Positions 13,771 to 25,689 are shown, numbered from the whole stretch's first letter. The stretch is 63,387 nucleotides of DNA, filler included, from Rhabdomonas costata (GCA_019059605.1; 32 parts of 32 records of this genome joined end to end with filler, not necessarily neighbours in it); one strand, 5' to 3'. The notes: generated by a model not told the origin, from the sequence alone. Made by a program: numbers and translations.

Positions 13771-14526
13771 CACCCCACCACACACACCCAACACNNNNNN
13801 NNNNNNNNNNNNNNNNNNNNNNNNNNNNNNNNNNNNNNTTAATTAATTAANNNNNNNNNNNNNNNNNNNNNNNNNNNNNNNNNNNNNNNNNNNNTGTGTT
13901 GGGTGTGGGGGTGTATGATTCTTTCCTACTCGCTGCAGTGAATTATATCGCGTGTGTGTGTATGTGTTTAGGTGTGGGTGTGGGTGTGGGTGTGCGTGGT
14001 GTGTACACGCTGCGGCTAAACAGAAGAATCTCTGAGTCAGCAAAAGCATCAAGAGATGCAGCGCTTCCACAGTGGAATCGTTGTCCTCTCGGCGGTGGTT
14101 GGGTTCGAAAATCATATTGTTAAATTTTCACTGGGATACTTGGTGCTCATCCTTTCACCAGCCTTGCTATTCGTCCTGTGCTCTGTACAAGGTGCACCCT
14201 TGCATTTACAGGTGCATTGGCGAAGAGGAATACTATCAGATGCGCTCGAAGAGTCCTGCGGGCAGCGAATGTTGTACTTCCGCGACTGAGACTGTGGGTG
14301 TTGATGGGGGTGGTAGCACTACTGGTGGTTGCATCAGTGATGTTTCCACAACATAATTTCAGTGTTTGAGTTTTCTGCACCCGTTTCACGCCTGGTTTCC
14401 AAATAAAAATATCAAAATATCAAACGCGTCAATTGGTCACGCCGTTGAACTTGTGAACGTCACTGCAAGTGAGCCAAGTTGACGTTTTTGACTGTGCATG
14501 ACCAAACCCCTGCGCATTTGTGCCAG

Positions 14527-14883
14527 GAAAAACCCTATTTCGAATTCCCCAACTCCGACATTGTGGCTGTTGGAAAAACCGGCCTTAGGGTGAGCGTCGT
14601 TCAGCCTTTGTCAAACCTTGTGAAGAGATTGCATCCATTAACCGTTGCTGTTCAACGTGTTGTGCGCGGCGTCTCGGCCGATGTGAGTGAAGCTATCATT
14701 AGCGACGCCATAAGCAGGTGCGAGGCAGCCATCGATGGAATATCGTTTCTTCCTTTGGAATTCTCGAATTTTGTGTCAATGTTTATGATTGACGTGAAAA
14801 GACAGCTTGGAGAGCTTGAACAACATGGCTTTGTCCACGCACTATCACGGCAGATAGAGCCACCACCAGGCGTCCAGGGCAAG
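14527..14883 (+). CDS. Probable exon of unknown protein
   Basis: Open frame EKPYFEFPNSDIVAVGK...VKRQLGELEQHGFVHALSR following CAG; no family recognised. Confidence 0.35.
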
Positions 14884-16181
14884 GCTCCCTCCGTTTTCTT
14901 GCCTCCTCGTGCCTTCTTTTGTTTGCGGCACGCTCATGCCACCCATTGCGCTCGTTTCCCGGTTGTCTTCTTTGCTATCCTCTTTGTGTGGTTCTGTCCT
15001 TTGTGGCCTGTTAATGTTCTTGGTTTTTACGCTTGGGGTTCAAGTCCTGCCCGGGCCCTCTGTTTTGGCGCCCGTTCGTCTCTTTGTCTTCCTCTTTTTT
15101 TTTGCCATTCACCGTATCCTGGTGACTCAGATTCCCAAAACCCCCGCACCCACACGTGTGGTGATTCTTCCTCCGGCCGGCCGCCCAAAATACCAAATGC
15201 AACCGCCCTCCCGTTTAGGTTTTTGCGCTGGCAAGTTTGGCCCCCGATGGATTCAGCCAAGGTCAGATTTAAAAGCACTCCTTTGCCTGTGTCCTCTTCC
15301 TTTTTGGAACTTGAATTTTTTGCCTTTGCTGCCGCTTCATGTTGTCCAAACAGATGTTAGTAACGATCGAAAACTGAAGCAATTCCCAGCGAATGCATGC
15401 CAGAATGTTGATGCGGCAAGGCTACTGAAAGCAGTTCCAGTAGAAGGTCTTAGGAAAAGCGCAGTGGGACCACTGTGCTGGCCCGAAAGACAACGAGCAG
15501 AAGCAGATCTGGAATAGAAGCTTAAGAACAACAACCACAAAAGAGCATATCAGATCGGAGCAGGTGCGGCTCGAATCAGCAGGAAATCAATGCAGGGCAA
15601 AGAAGGTAGGAGAGCAGCCCGATCCAAAATGGCAGCAAATCCGGAAGCACAGCGCAAGGTTATATATCATGGGAGAAAAAGTAAGACAAGGGATGTAAAA
15701 GCGGAGAGAAATAGAGACAGATATAAGCAGAGACGGAGTAGATAGATCAAAAGAGAAGCAAAATAGTTGTAGTAGCANNNNNNNNNNNNNNNNNNNNNNN
15801 NNNNNNNNNNNNNNNNNNNNNTTAATTAATTAANNNNNNNNNNNNNNNNNNNNNNNNNNNNNNNNNNNNNNNNNNNNGCTGGAAGGCGTGAAGGACCGGG
15901 GGGGAGGGGAGAAGACAATACATTTATGGAGTTGAATACAAGTTCTGGGCAATCAATGCAAGCTCTCATGTCCTTTTTCTCTCCCAAAAGTATCTCACTT
16001 TGGCACTCTAGTTGGAACTTTCGAAGCGTAACGGTGACTTTTGGACGTGGAGCGTACGGACACCGTCGGCCCCCACAACTTTATGACCTGCTCCGTATAT
16101 GCAAGGACCCATACTTCGGTTGGGTTTCTCGCCTTCTTTCAACTTGGCCTCTTTTTTTTTTGCTCTCTTGCGCTTATTCAG

Positions 16182-17049
16182 ATGCTTCAGAAGCAGCCGA
16201 TAGCCGAAGTTCGGATTGGCCCCACGAATCTGTGCGTTGTTTTGCAAGCCTCCGTTGGGGGTGGACAGGTACTGTTTGTGGAGCGGGGCACTGTCAGTGT
16301 GCTGCCCCGGGGCGCCACTCGCCATGAGCTGCGCGACCTCACCGCGCAGAACGTCGGGGAGTTCCTGCGGGCGGCGACGCAGGACGCCACCGCAGAAAAT
16401 GACACCATTCCCGAGGATCTGTGCTACCTCGTGGGACGGAAGGTAAGCTACAACCCGTTGATGATGGCGGAGCTGGCCAGGCATGCGTCCGGATGCCGTC
16501 CCCCATCCCCCAGTGCACGCCTTCAATCTGAGTTCAGCAGTGAGGCGGCGCAGTAGCTAAACTCTGAGGAACTTCAGCACTGCTCGAGAATAAAGCTGGA
16601 TTTGCAAGAAAAGCAGGGGCCTGGGAGATGAGGCTGGCACTCCAGTGCCCCTTTTCCCGAACTCCTTCACGAGATTCTACTGTGATGCTTCTCGGGGCTA
16701 ATTCGGCGGAGAAAATGGGATCTTTCGCGCTGCTTTGTTGCTTATGCGCTTTCCTTGCTCTTGTCGGGGTCCCCTGGATTGCCGGGAAAGGCCAGTGCTC
16801 CCCCCCCCTGCAGTTTTCCCTCCTTAGGTGTATTTGCACAGGGTGGTTTCCAGCCCGGCAGTGGTGAAAAAAGTCTACACGGATGACCAAGGGGAGGTCC
16901 GGCTTCGCCTCAGTGGGTTATCAGAGGTGCTGGAGTACGACTTCGCCTCGTCCTCGAGGATCACTCAAATGGTGGCCCACGGGTTTGACTGTATGGACGC
17001 TGCCCAGCAGATCGTGGCGAAGGTTCGCGCTCGTGGGGTGAAGACATGA
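16182..17049 (+). CDS. Probable exons (16182-16442, about 16842-17049) of unknown protein
   Basis: Pyrimidine tract plus CAG acceptor, GC3-rich frame, GTAAG donor at 16443; second segment ends RARGVKT*; joining phase unresolved. Confidence 0.45.
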
Positions 17050-18442
17050 GGGGTGAGATCCGTGTGCCATACTGTGGAAAGTGGAGCACTCCACAGGATC
17101 ATTCTTCTCGCGAGACATCCAAGGCATCATGAACCTTCACGCGGGCTGGTAATCTTGGCATCTCGCCTACCCGCTCATAAGAGTTCACTGGAAGATGAAT
17201 TGGAAATGTGTCCTGGATGTCTGGACATTTGCAGCGCAGGAAAATGCCATCGGAATTGAAGCAGTTTATCCGCCAAAGGGACACTCGGACACTCCTCCAA
17301 AGGAGGGGTATGATATGTGTCCAAGGGAAGGGAGGGGGCGTAGGTAGGCAATTTTTGCCCTGGGAAGACCCCCCGCCCGCGTCTCGCGCATTTTCGCGTG
17401 CATCGCACCTGCGATATAATATTATACAAAATTCTACGAATGGGGACTAATAGGGTTAAAGACTCATTCGTGGTTTTTGGCACACTGACTCACATGAATT
17501 GAGGTAATTCGACGAATGACAACAGGATGCAGACAGGCTCTCCTGGAAGGACCTCCAAGAATAACCACAAGAGCTCAGGGGCTTGGCACTGATGCGATGG
17601 GGGAGTGGTCAAAACGAGCGCTTGGTGAGCTCACCGTTCGTTCTCTGTGCTGTTTCCGTTCTTCAATCTCTTTCTCGGATTGGGCTCAGGCCGCCGCCGT
17701 GGTGCTGTCGCAGCCAGAGGCTCGGCTGTACCGCCCGCAGCTCTACCACCTCCAACACAANNNNNNNNNNNNNNNNNNNNNNNNNNNNNNNNNNNNNNNN
17801 NNNNTTAATTAATTAANNNNNNNNNNNNNNNNNNNNNNNNNNNNNNNNNNNNNNNNNNNNGACCAGATAAACCGTATCGCGCCCCAGCAAGGGGGGGATA
17901 GCCTCTTTATGAAGCAGACGCGGGCCAGGATACTCAATGGTGGAATGGAGGAACTATAAGAAGGGAACGATTTCCATCGGTTTTGGAAGGGGGGGGGGTG
18001 CCGTATGCGCCAAGACGCCTTTTTTCTGGGGAAGACTCGGGTTTCTCTTCCCCCTGGGCTCCCTCCCCTCGATGGGGCATGGCCCCATCGGGCCTCACCC
18101 CCTTCTCGCCTCGCTGCCTCACCCCGATATACGCACACAGAGAACAACAGATGCATGTAAGATGCTGCGTCCGTCTGCTGTCAACTCCCACACCGTCTTG
18201 TAAAAAGTCTGCTCCACCACGTCGTCCATTCTCTCCTTCCACCCCTACTCTTCCCTTACTCTTCAGACCTGTACGCCCTCGTCGTGCTCATATTCCTCCT
18301 CTGCAATTTCTCCCCCGCCCCCCTCTCTTTCCGATCACTTGTGGCTCTTTGGGCCAACGTCATTTCTACAATCATTCCAAGCTGGAACCTGTAGTGAGAA
18401 TCATGGTTAGCGACTCATACGGAGATGTTCTGTCTGACTTAC

Positions 18443-18608
18443 CTTGGATGAAGAACCGCACGATGTCTTGCATGCTCTGAGAGCTGTTTGTGCGGAAGTC
18501 AGAGTCCTGCAGCTCGCCCTCTTCTGGGCCCAGATGGTCGCTCAGCACGCAGGTGATGTCCATGGTCATGTTGGGGTAGTATGGCTTGCTGGAGAGGCAG
18601 CCACCCAT
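18443..18608 (-). CDS. First exon of a putative dually acylated protein (MGGCLSS...)
   Basis: MG-x-C-x-S N-myristoylation/palmitoylation pattern; upstream pyrimidine tract and AG; GTAAGT donor after 18443. Confidence 0.6.
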
Positions 18609-20614
18609 ATAGGATAGTTTATCTTCGGAGCGCAATTCAACTAACGACACAGAGAAAAAGCGGTGGAAAAGGCAAAATACGGCAGGCACAAGGGCACAAG
18701 AACAATAGCTAATCCACGCACAAGGGAAGACGACATACTGCGTGCCCAGACGCAGCGTTGCTGGCATTGGGGTTCTGAATTCGAAAGAGTCAGCAGAAGC
18801 GGAAAATTGCGAGTTCGGACACGGCCTGGGCTTTGGAAGGGGACCACGATAACACAATGATTCCTGATCAACAACACATTATGGATTATGTGGGGTTTGC
18901 CCCGCATTGGGATCGCCGTCACGGAGTCGTCACCTTAGTAGAGTTACCCCCGGAAGCCCTCAAGGATTGGAGCCTTCTGAGATTAAGGCCCACCCTCCCG
19001 AAATTCTGATGACTCTCTCGTGTATGCCTCGGTACCTTCCTTTACAGCCCCTGGAATCCCCTCTTATAGTGTCTCTTGCTCTCACTTCCTGCCGGTACGC
19101 GTTCACCCTCTCACCTTTCCTCTTAATTTTGTGGACGCCGTTCCGGACTTCCCCTCTTTCGGATTCGCACCAGATTCTCCTGCGCTCATCCAATCTCACT
19201 GCACTCACACGTACCTTCAAAGTGTGCAACGTCGTTGCTTCTGGCACAGGGCCGATTCCCTTCTCAAACTTCTTTCTTGAATCGCCGTGTCCCGTATCGT
19301 TACGTAAGAACAAAACGTATGTGTGGCTGCAATGTTTTGCCAAGCGGGAAGCAGAAGGAAGTTTCCGAAGGAAACTTGCTTTAACCTGTATGTGGAAAAA
19401 CATCAATCGGCTGCAGTTAGGCAACCAGGCATTCGCACTCTCAGCCGAAGAAACCTCCCAACGTCTATCCCAACCTACCCAAATTTAGGGCAGTGCACAG
19501 ATTCTCGCTTGCTCGAGGGCAATACAGTATTGGGAACCAACATTCCTTTTAATACTCTTCCCGATCGAGAGGTAGGTGAGTGTGCAGGCGTTGCCACACG
19601 AATCAAATTTCGTTCTGCCACGGCATAGCACGGCTAAGACAGAACTTCACGGATCACAGCCACAGCCGCTGTTACTTGGCAATACGCAGCCAATTGTGTA
19701 AGCTGCTGCAAGCACGTAATCCATCCCGCAATGCCACCAAAAGGNNNNNNNNNNNNNNNNNNNNNNNNNNNNNNNNNNNNNNNNNNNNTTAATTAATTAA
19801 NNNNNNNNNNNNNNNNNNNNNNNNNNNNNNNNNNNNNNNNNNNNGTGGTGGGTGTGTTTGGGTTGTGGGGGCTCACGGTTACCATTGGTTGCCAGTGGAA
19901 AATTTTCCATCAATCTATTTTTCTAGAGAACATAATTTAAAAAAAAGTGGGCAAATGCTCCCCACGTCACGTTTCCAACCCAACCACCCACTCCGGCCGC
20001 GATACCACTGGTGACGTTCTCTTTCCCTCTCCACGCCCCAAACGTCAATTGCACCAAATCATTTTCTGCCCCCCTGGAACGTTTGTCTTCGACGAAAATG
20101 TCCTCCTGAATACACTGTGATGACGCAGCTGTTTTCCTGTGCTCAAATTGCTCCACGCATACCCAGAGGTGGCATAAGTAAGGGTGATGATCATGCTTTG
20201 TTGTAGATTTGCAGCCATGCTTGTGAGGACCCAGCAGGTTCACTATTTTGGATTGCTTTGGTGCTTAGAAACGTTTCCTCCCATCCGATGTGTGTCTCCT
20301 GCGGTGCGTGGAAAAGGCGAAGGAGTATCGCATAAAACACGGGCAGTAAGTCGCGTGCCCCAATCTTTCGAATCTCGGCTATAGTCCACGACAAGCAGCA
20401 TTTGCGGGCACACACATACACACAATCTCACTGCAACCTCAAAGGCGAACATCTAAACGCCACTTTTTTATGGAGTGGGGTCGGTGATGCAATAAAAACA
20501 ATTTCGCTCCAGATGCATACCTTTTATGCATATCTGGAACTATGTGTCTCAGTCACAGCATGGTCTCATTGTCTCTGAAGAGGATGGTTGTGACCTCCGT
20601 CCCATCCGCCACAG

Positions 20615-20809
20615 GTGCGGTACAAGTACAGACTGCACATGCCCCCGTCGATCTACAACTTCAAGGACGTGCATTGCAAGAATCCCGCGTGCATCTCCAA
20701 CCCCTCCCACTTCGAGCACGCTCTACCGTACTTCCGCCAGATCGACGGCCAAGTCTTCACGTGCAGATACTGCGACACCCACCACACTTACAAAGAAGTA
20801 TGGCATTGA
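20615..20809 (+). CDS. pyrI: Terminal exon encoding the PyrI-type Zn-binding domain of aspartate carbamoyltransferase regulatory chain (PyrBI-fusion-like)
   Basis: VRYKYRLHMPPSIYNFKDVHCKNPACISNP...FTCRYCDTHHTYKEVWH*: C-x-N-x-x-C-I-S...C-x-Y-C signature of the PyrI C-terminal domain; preceded by a CAG acceptor at 20614. Confidence 0.85.
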   Translation: MRYKYRLHMPPSIYNFKDVHCKNPACISNPSHFEHALPYFRQIDGQVFTCRYCDTHHTYKEVWH

Positions 20810-21952
20810 AAGTGCAGCACGCGGAGAGGAGTTGCTCATCCTCCCATCAAAACACATAAGCCCACACAACACGGACGCGTACTCACCTCTCCACCCATTC
20901 CACTCATGCCCAAGTGTCTGGGCTCACATGCTCTCCAAAACTGTTGGGAAGTGCGGTGGAGTGTGGGCTGGTGTCGAGCGACTTTTATTTTTTATTTTAT
21001 GACGCTATCTGCTTCTTAGCGGAATGGCCTTTGGTTTGAGTTCACTTTTCCACTTCAAGACTTCAAGACTTCGGGTTGGCCGGTTTCCTCTCTTGAATCA
21101 TTTTCCGTCCTTAAGCTGGATACCTCGCGATGCATTCGCCCTTCCCGGGGGTTGAATTTCTATCTTAACAGAGTGGTGGCCGATTCACAGGCGTCCTGTG
21201 TGGGATTGTGGTTGACGACGTGAGAATGCCACGACCTTTCATACTGCACGGGTGCACATTTTCACCGCCAACTCGATTCAAAAGATGGGGGGGGGCATTG
21301 CTGGCGATCCTGCGCTGAAATGGGAATGCGAGTGACTGTCTACTGCCTCCCTCCCGCATATTCTGCCTTGTTTTTTCCGCTGGCGCCCACCCGCCGTATT
21401 GCGCCCGGTTTCCGGTCGGGCGCCGGGGCGCTTGCCGTTCTCGCTTTTGTTCTTGTGGAATGTCTTTCCCACTGTTTTAGTGTTTTGTTTTGGGTTTTCC
21501 TGCGGCCCAAGCCTTGGCTAGATCAAGCGTGCTTTTACCTCAAGCGTCCTTTTGTGCCGACATCTCTGCTTAATGTTACCGGGCCTGTGTCCTCTGGGGA
21601 GCGCCCATCCCCTTACCCCAAATCTTCTTAATTCCGGCCTCGTTGTTCAACAAACGTCCTACCCGACACCCAGAAAGAATGGCCACCTTTATGCGTATGG
21701 AAATCAAATTGTCAAAGCCAAACGTCCATNNNNNNNNNNNNNNNNNNNNNNNNNNNNNNNNNNNNNNNNNNNNTTAATTAATTAANNNNNNNNNNNNNNN
21801 NNNNNNNNNNNNNNNNNNNNNNNNNNNNNGGGGTGTGTTTGGGGTTGTGTTGCTTTCGATTTGTTTCTTGGCTGAAGTTGGATGCAAAGGACAATGGGCT
21901 CAGTCATTCTTCCGCTTCGTTGGTGAGGGCGCCTTTTTTTCTTCCGAAAAGC

Positions 21953-22599
21953 AGTCCAGTTCCACAGGGGCGTGTGAGTCTGTCGATCGAATCAGCCGAC
22001 ACAAACACACACGCCATCACTCAATCGCGCGCCATAGGTTTCAGCGCGGACTCGCCTGCATGGCAACCCTCGGCGGAACCCCACGCCCCCACCTCCCAAG
22101 GCACGACGACCTCTACAGAATCGGCCCCCGTGGCTTCGGCAAATGCGGGCACCTCTACAGACCCCATCCCTTCTTCCATGCCTCCGAAGGCCTCCGGGCC
22201 TGGCACAACGTATGAGCACTGATGAGGGAGTGGGGGATTGACACCGATGAACTGAGAGTGCTTGAAAATCAGTCCCTCGCGGAATCGAGAACTGCGCGTA
22301 TCGGGTGTCTGTGGGACCTGCTATATCACCAGCCCGCGCCCCTACCCGTAGCTCTGCACCGGACTTAGTGTTACGTGGTTCAAATTCTTTTTATGTCTCC
22401 TTCGGTGATCTTCCATTTGATGAGTTCCATTTGCTATGGACATTGGTATCCCACTTTCGCTCGTCCTCGGGTTGTTGCTTCCTTAGCAGCGCCGCGGTGA
22501 CCGTCTCCGCCAGCGCCTCCGCATCGCAGCAGTTGGGCCACCAGGCGATCCTGGAGTATGATTCCGACAGCAGTGATGGGGAGCAGCCTGCACCACAGG
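21953..22599 (+). CDS. Ser/Thr/Pro-rich low-complexity exons of unknown protein
   Basis: Two open segments (SPVPQGRVSLSIE...; SAAVTVSASAS...EYDSDSSDGEQPAPQ) bounded by AG/GT. Confidence 0.4.
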
Positions 22600-24188
22600 T
22601 CATAGTGACTTCTTCTCCTTCGAAATCTTGGCCCCACACCCCTCACCTTCTCCTATACTTGGGCATAATTCTGTTGCCATCAGCACGGCGGCTTGGGAAA
22701 GGGTTACTTTTTTCCTTTCTAACGCTAGGCCCTCTCTAGCATTCCAATCGCTTCGCTCATGGTAGATCCCTATTACTTCCTGGAGATGTGATGAACAGAT
22801 ATGGAAGGTCAGACGTTGTGCCGTGCCGTCACATGAAGCACTCCCTTTGATGACGAGATGCAATGCGTTCTGCCGGATTCGTTTTAGTGGCACAGCTTCT
22901 GGGGAAAGGGTTACGGAATGACGTCCGTTAGGACCAGATATTTGATATCACAGTGTGTTACAGGGCGAAGCATCTACCCCCAGAAAAAGATTTGCTGCTG
23001 AAGGTATGCCGATTTAACGCGAATTCTGCTGTCCAGTCAAAATCAGACCCCGTACCTCCACATCACCGGAGCTCCAGGATTCGCAGTCTTGTGTATTGAC
23101 GCGTGCAGGACTGCCGTGGCCGGGGTAGGGGTCGCGGTGCCCCGCCCAAGTCACGGTGATGGGCGCAATATGAGTCGTTTCCGCCCTCCTTATGTCCTCA
23201 AGATTGAGGACACGGGAATAGAAGTTGTGTGTGGTTTACTGTTGTTGTTGCTGATGTATGTTGTACTGTTGCTTTTTTTGTACCTTTTTTCCATGATGAA
23301 AGTTGTCTTCTGTCAAAGAGATGCTTGGCGGGGAAGCTCCTACACCTAACCCCTTCCTTTTTAAAGAGTGAGAGGGTGAGAAGTTGTATAAGTTTCATAC
23401 TCCCATCCCTCCAACGCAAAGCTCAGTGCGACATTTGGAGTGGTTTAGCTCAAGACAGTGACCACTTGTGTTTGCAATGGTTTGCAAGAACCCGCTGTTG
23501 TCTTGACTGTCGTGCCCTGTGTTTTTTGCGATTTCCGTGGAACGCCCTTTTTTTCCTCCTCACTTCACTCCTTCCATTTCCGCAAAATGATCATCCCGCG
23601 GAGAGCCTGCCGGTTGCACGGTCTCTTCCGCATGCCGCGCACCGCGCCGTGCCTCTCACCCTCCCCTGTGTCCTCCTCGTCGTCCTCCTCCCTGCTCTGC
23701 CTCCCCACAACCCNNNNNNNNNNNNNNNNNNNNNNNNNNNNNNNNNNNNNNNNNNNNTTAATTAATTAANNNNNNNNNNNNNNNNNNNNNNNNNNNNNNN
23801 NNNNNNNNNNNNNTTTCTTGAGCTCACCGCTTCTTTTTTTTTGGAAGTGTAATTGCATGTCGGATCCACGATGGATCCGGTCAAGCCTCACCCTCAATCC
23901 GTTAACAGAGATATATGGCACAGGTTCACTTAACGGGCCCAAGGGAGGAAACATTCTTCAGGGGGTTAGGACGACTTGCACGTGCGGGGAGGGTCTGGGG
24001 GCGGAGCTCCCCCAGCTACGTTCCTAGGGTTAGGGAGTGATGCTTTTCCGTTGGACGCTGATCCGTTCATTTCGTTGCTACCCTAACCTCCATCCGAGAC
24101 GAATATATATACCCTTAACCACAATTGTGCAGGTCAGCACAGGTGAGGCCACTCACTCCGAGTCGCTTCCCCCCGTCCCTTTCCAAAG

Positions 24189-24359
24189 GTTCGACCACCA
24201 CTGCGGGGTGCTGGGTAACTGCATTGGCCGCCGCAACCATCGGTTCTTTCTCCTTCTGCTTCTCACCGGGGCCGTGGAGCACACCCTACTGGTGTCCTCC
24301 GCGGTGTTTCTGGTGGCGCAGATCTTCCACGAGCAAGGCCGCGCGGCGTGGGACACGTG
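24189..24359 (+). CDS. DHHC palmitoyltransferase, exon with the catalytic motif
   Basis: RFDHHCGVLGNCIGRRNHRFFLLLL followed by a TM helix; AAG acceptor at 24188. Confidence 0.95.
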
Positions 24360-24496
24360 GTATTATTACTTCCCGTCTGTGCTCTGCTCAAGTGGCTTCA
24401 GAGTTTTAGCCAATGCCCGTCCATCACTTCGGATGCTGTTAAGTCCTTCACTCATTGGTTGTTACGCTGTCCTTATTATTCCTGCTGATCAGATAT

Positions 24497-24670
24497 AAAC
24501 CTAACCCCTACGCCTACGCCTACAACTCGGCCTACGCCTACGCCTGCGACTACCCCTGCACGTACCCCTACCCTTACCCTAACCCTAACCCTAAGCCTAA
24601 GCCTAAGCCTAAGCCTAAGCCTAAGCCTAAGCCTAAGCCTAAGCCTAACCCCAAACTAACCCAACCCTAA
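24497..24670. repeat. Degenerate telomere-like hexamer array (CCCTAA / GCCTAA / GCCTAC)
   Basis: Run grades from GCCTAC and CCCTAC through CCCTAA to about 9 GCCTAA units. Confidence 0.85.
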
Positions 24671-24714
24671 ATTTAAAAATCCCTGCCTCACTACCAATCA
24701 CTGATTGTTTTCAC

Positions 24715-25689
24715 TTACGCCCGCCCCTGTGCGCGAAGCAGGCGAACTGCGACCTTCCCTGCGTCTCTCAGCTCGCTGGACCCCCAGTGGCCAACCCTGA
24801 GCCGAGCTGGCTTGGAGTCGGGCTCGAAGATCACGGAATAGTGAACGTAATCTGATAAATCGAGCCATTGGTTAAATCGTGGATTGCTTGCCAGTGAAGA
24901 GTGCTTTCCAGGGACAACAACGGAGGCACGGGTCTGGTGCACCACCACCTGAAGCGTCTGCCCTGGGTTCCGACGGTCATCTGAGGACATCAGGGACAGG
25001 GTAAAATCTCCGAGGGCTTCGAAATAGAGGTACAGGGGTTTGGTAGCCACTCGTCGCAGCGGAACAAACGTCTCCTCGGCACTGGTGCCAAGGCTGGAGA
25101 AGCAGAAGCCCCGAATCGGCTCTGCCACCGGCGCCGTCGCGAGGCTGTCCGAAAGGGTCTGCACCTCGGCCTCGGTGGCCTTAACGTGAAGGTGATTCGG
25201 CCCCACAATCTCCTTCATCGCGTTCTGCTCCTCCATGCTGAACAAGTTCAGGCATTCCGTGGTCATCACGATGTCCTCGACAAAGCGAAAGGAAAAGCTC
25301 CCCGGAAGATGGGCCTCCGGAGCCTGGTGGGAAGTCATTCCAGTGCGGGAGGCGAGCCAGGCCTTCACATTCTCTAGGGTGGGCTGCTTCCCTTGGGCAA
25401 TGACCCTCCCGCAAAGCTCCAGGGCGAGGCAGCGGCAAAAGTCGGGCTCCCTGGGGCCGTTGGCAACCACCACGGGGTGCAGCTTGTGTTGCTGCAGATG
25501 GGTTTTGCCTTTGCTCTCCCATTCCGAGACGGTCACCCAAGGCCGGTCGGTGCCGTACTTTTTGGACTTGAAGTAGGCCGCGGCGATAGGAAGAACATAA
25601 GAATTGGGGTGGGCAAGAATGTCCTGCGAGAATATCAGCCGAATGGTACCATACATGTCAGGGGCGGAGTGGTTGATGCCCATAATCAC
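24715..25689 (-). CDS. Uncharacterised protein, 324-codon uninterrupted frame (5' truncated)
   Basis: Longest ORF in the window, strong GC3 bias, globular composition with motifs YGTIRLIF, HPNSY, RPW, KLHP, SHQAPEAHLP. Confidence 0.8.
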   Translation of the reverse strand: MIMGINHSAPDMYGTIRLIFSQDILAHPNSYVLPIAAAYFKSKKYGTDRPWVTVSEWESKGKTHLQQHKLHPVVVANGPREPDFCRCLALELCGRVIAQGKQPTLENVKAWLASRTGMTSHQAPEAHLPGSFSFRFVEDIVMTTECLNLFSMEEQNAMKEIVGPNHLHVKATEAEVQTLSDSLATAPVAEPIRGFCFSSLGTSAEETFVPLRRVATKPLYLYFEALGDFTLSLMSSDDRRNPGQTLQVVVHQTRASVVVPGKHSSLASNPRFNQWLDLSDYVHYSVIFEPDSKPARLRVGHWGSSELRDAGKVAVRLLRAQGRA

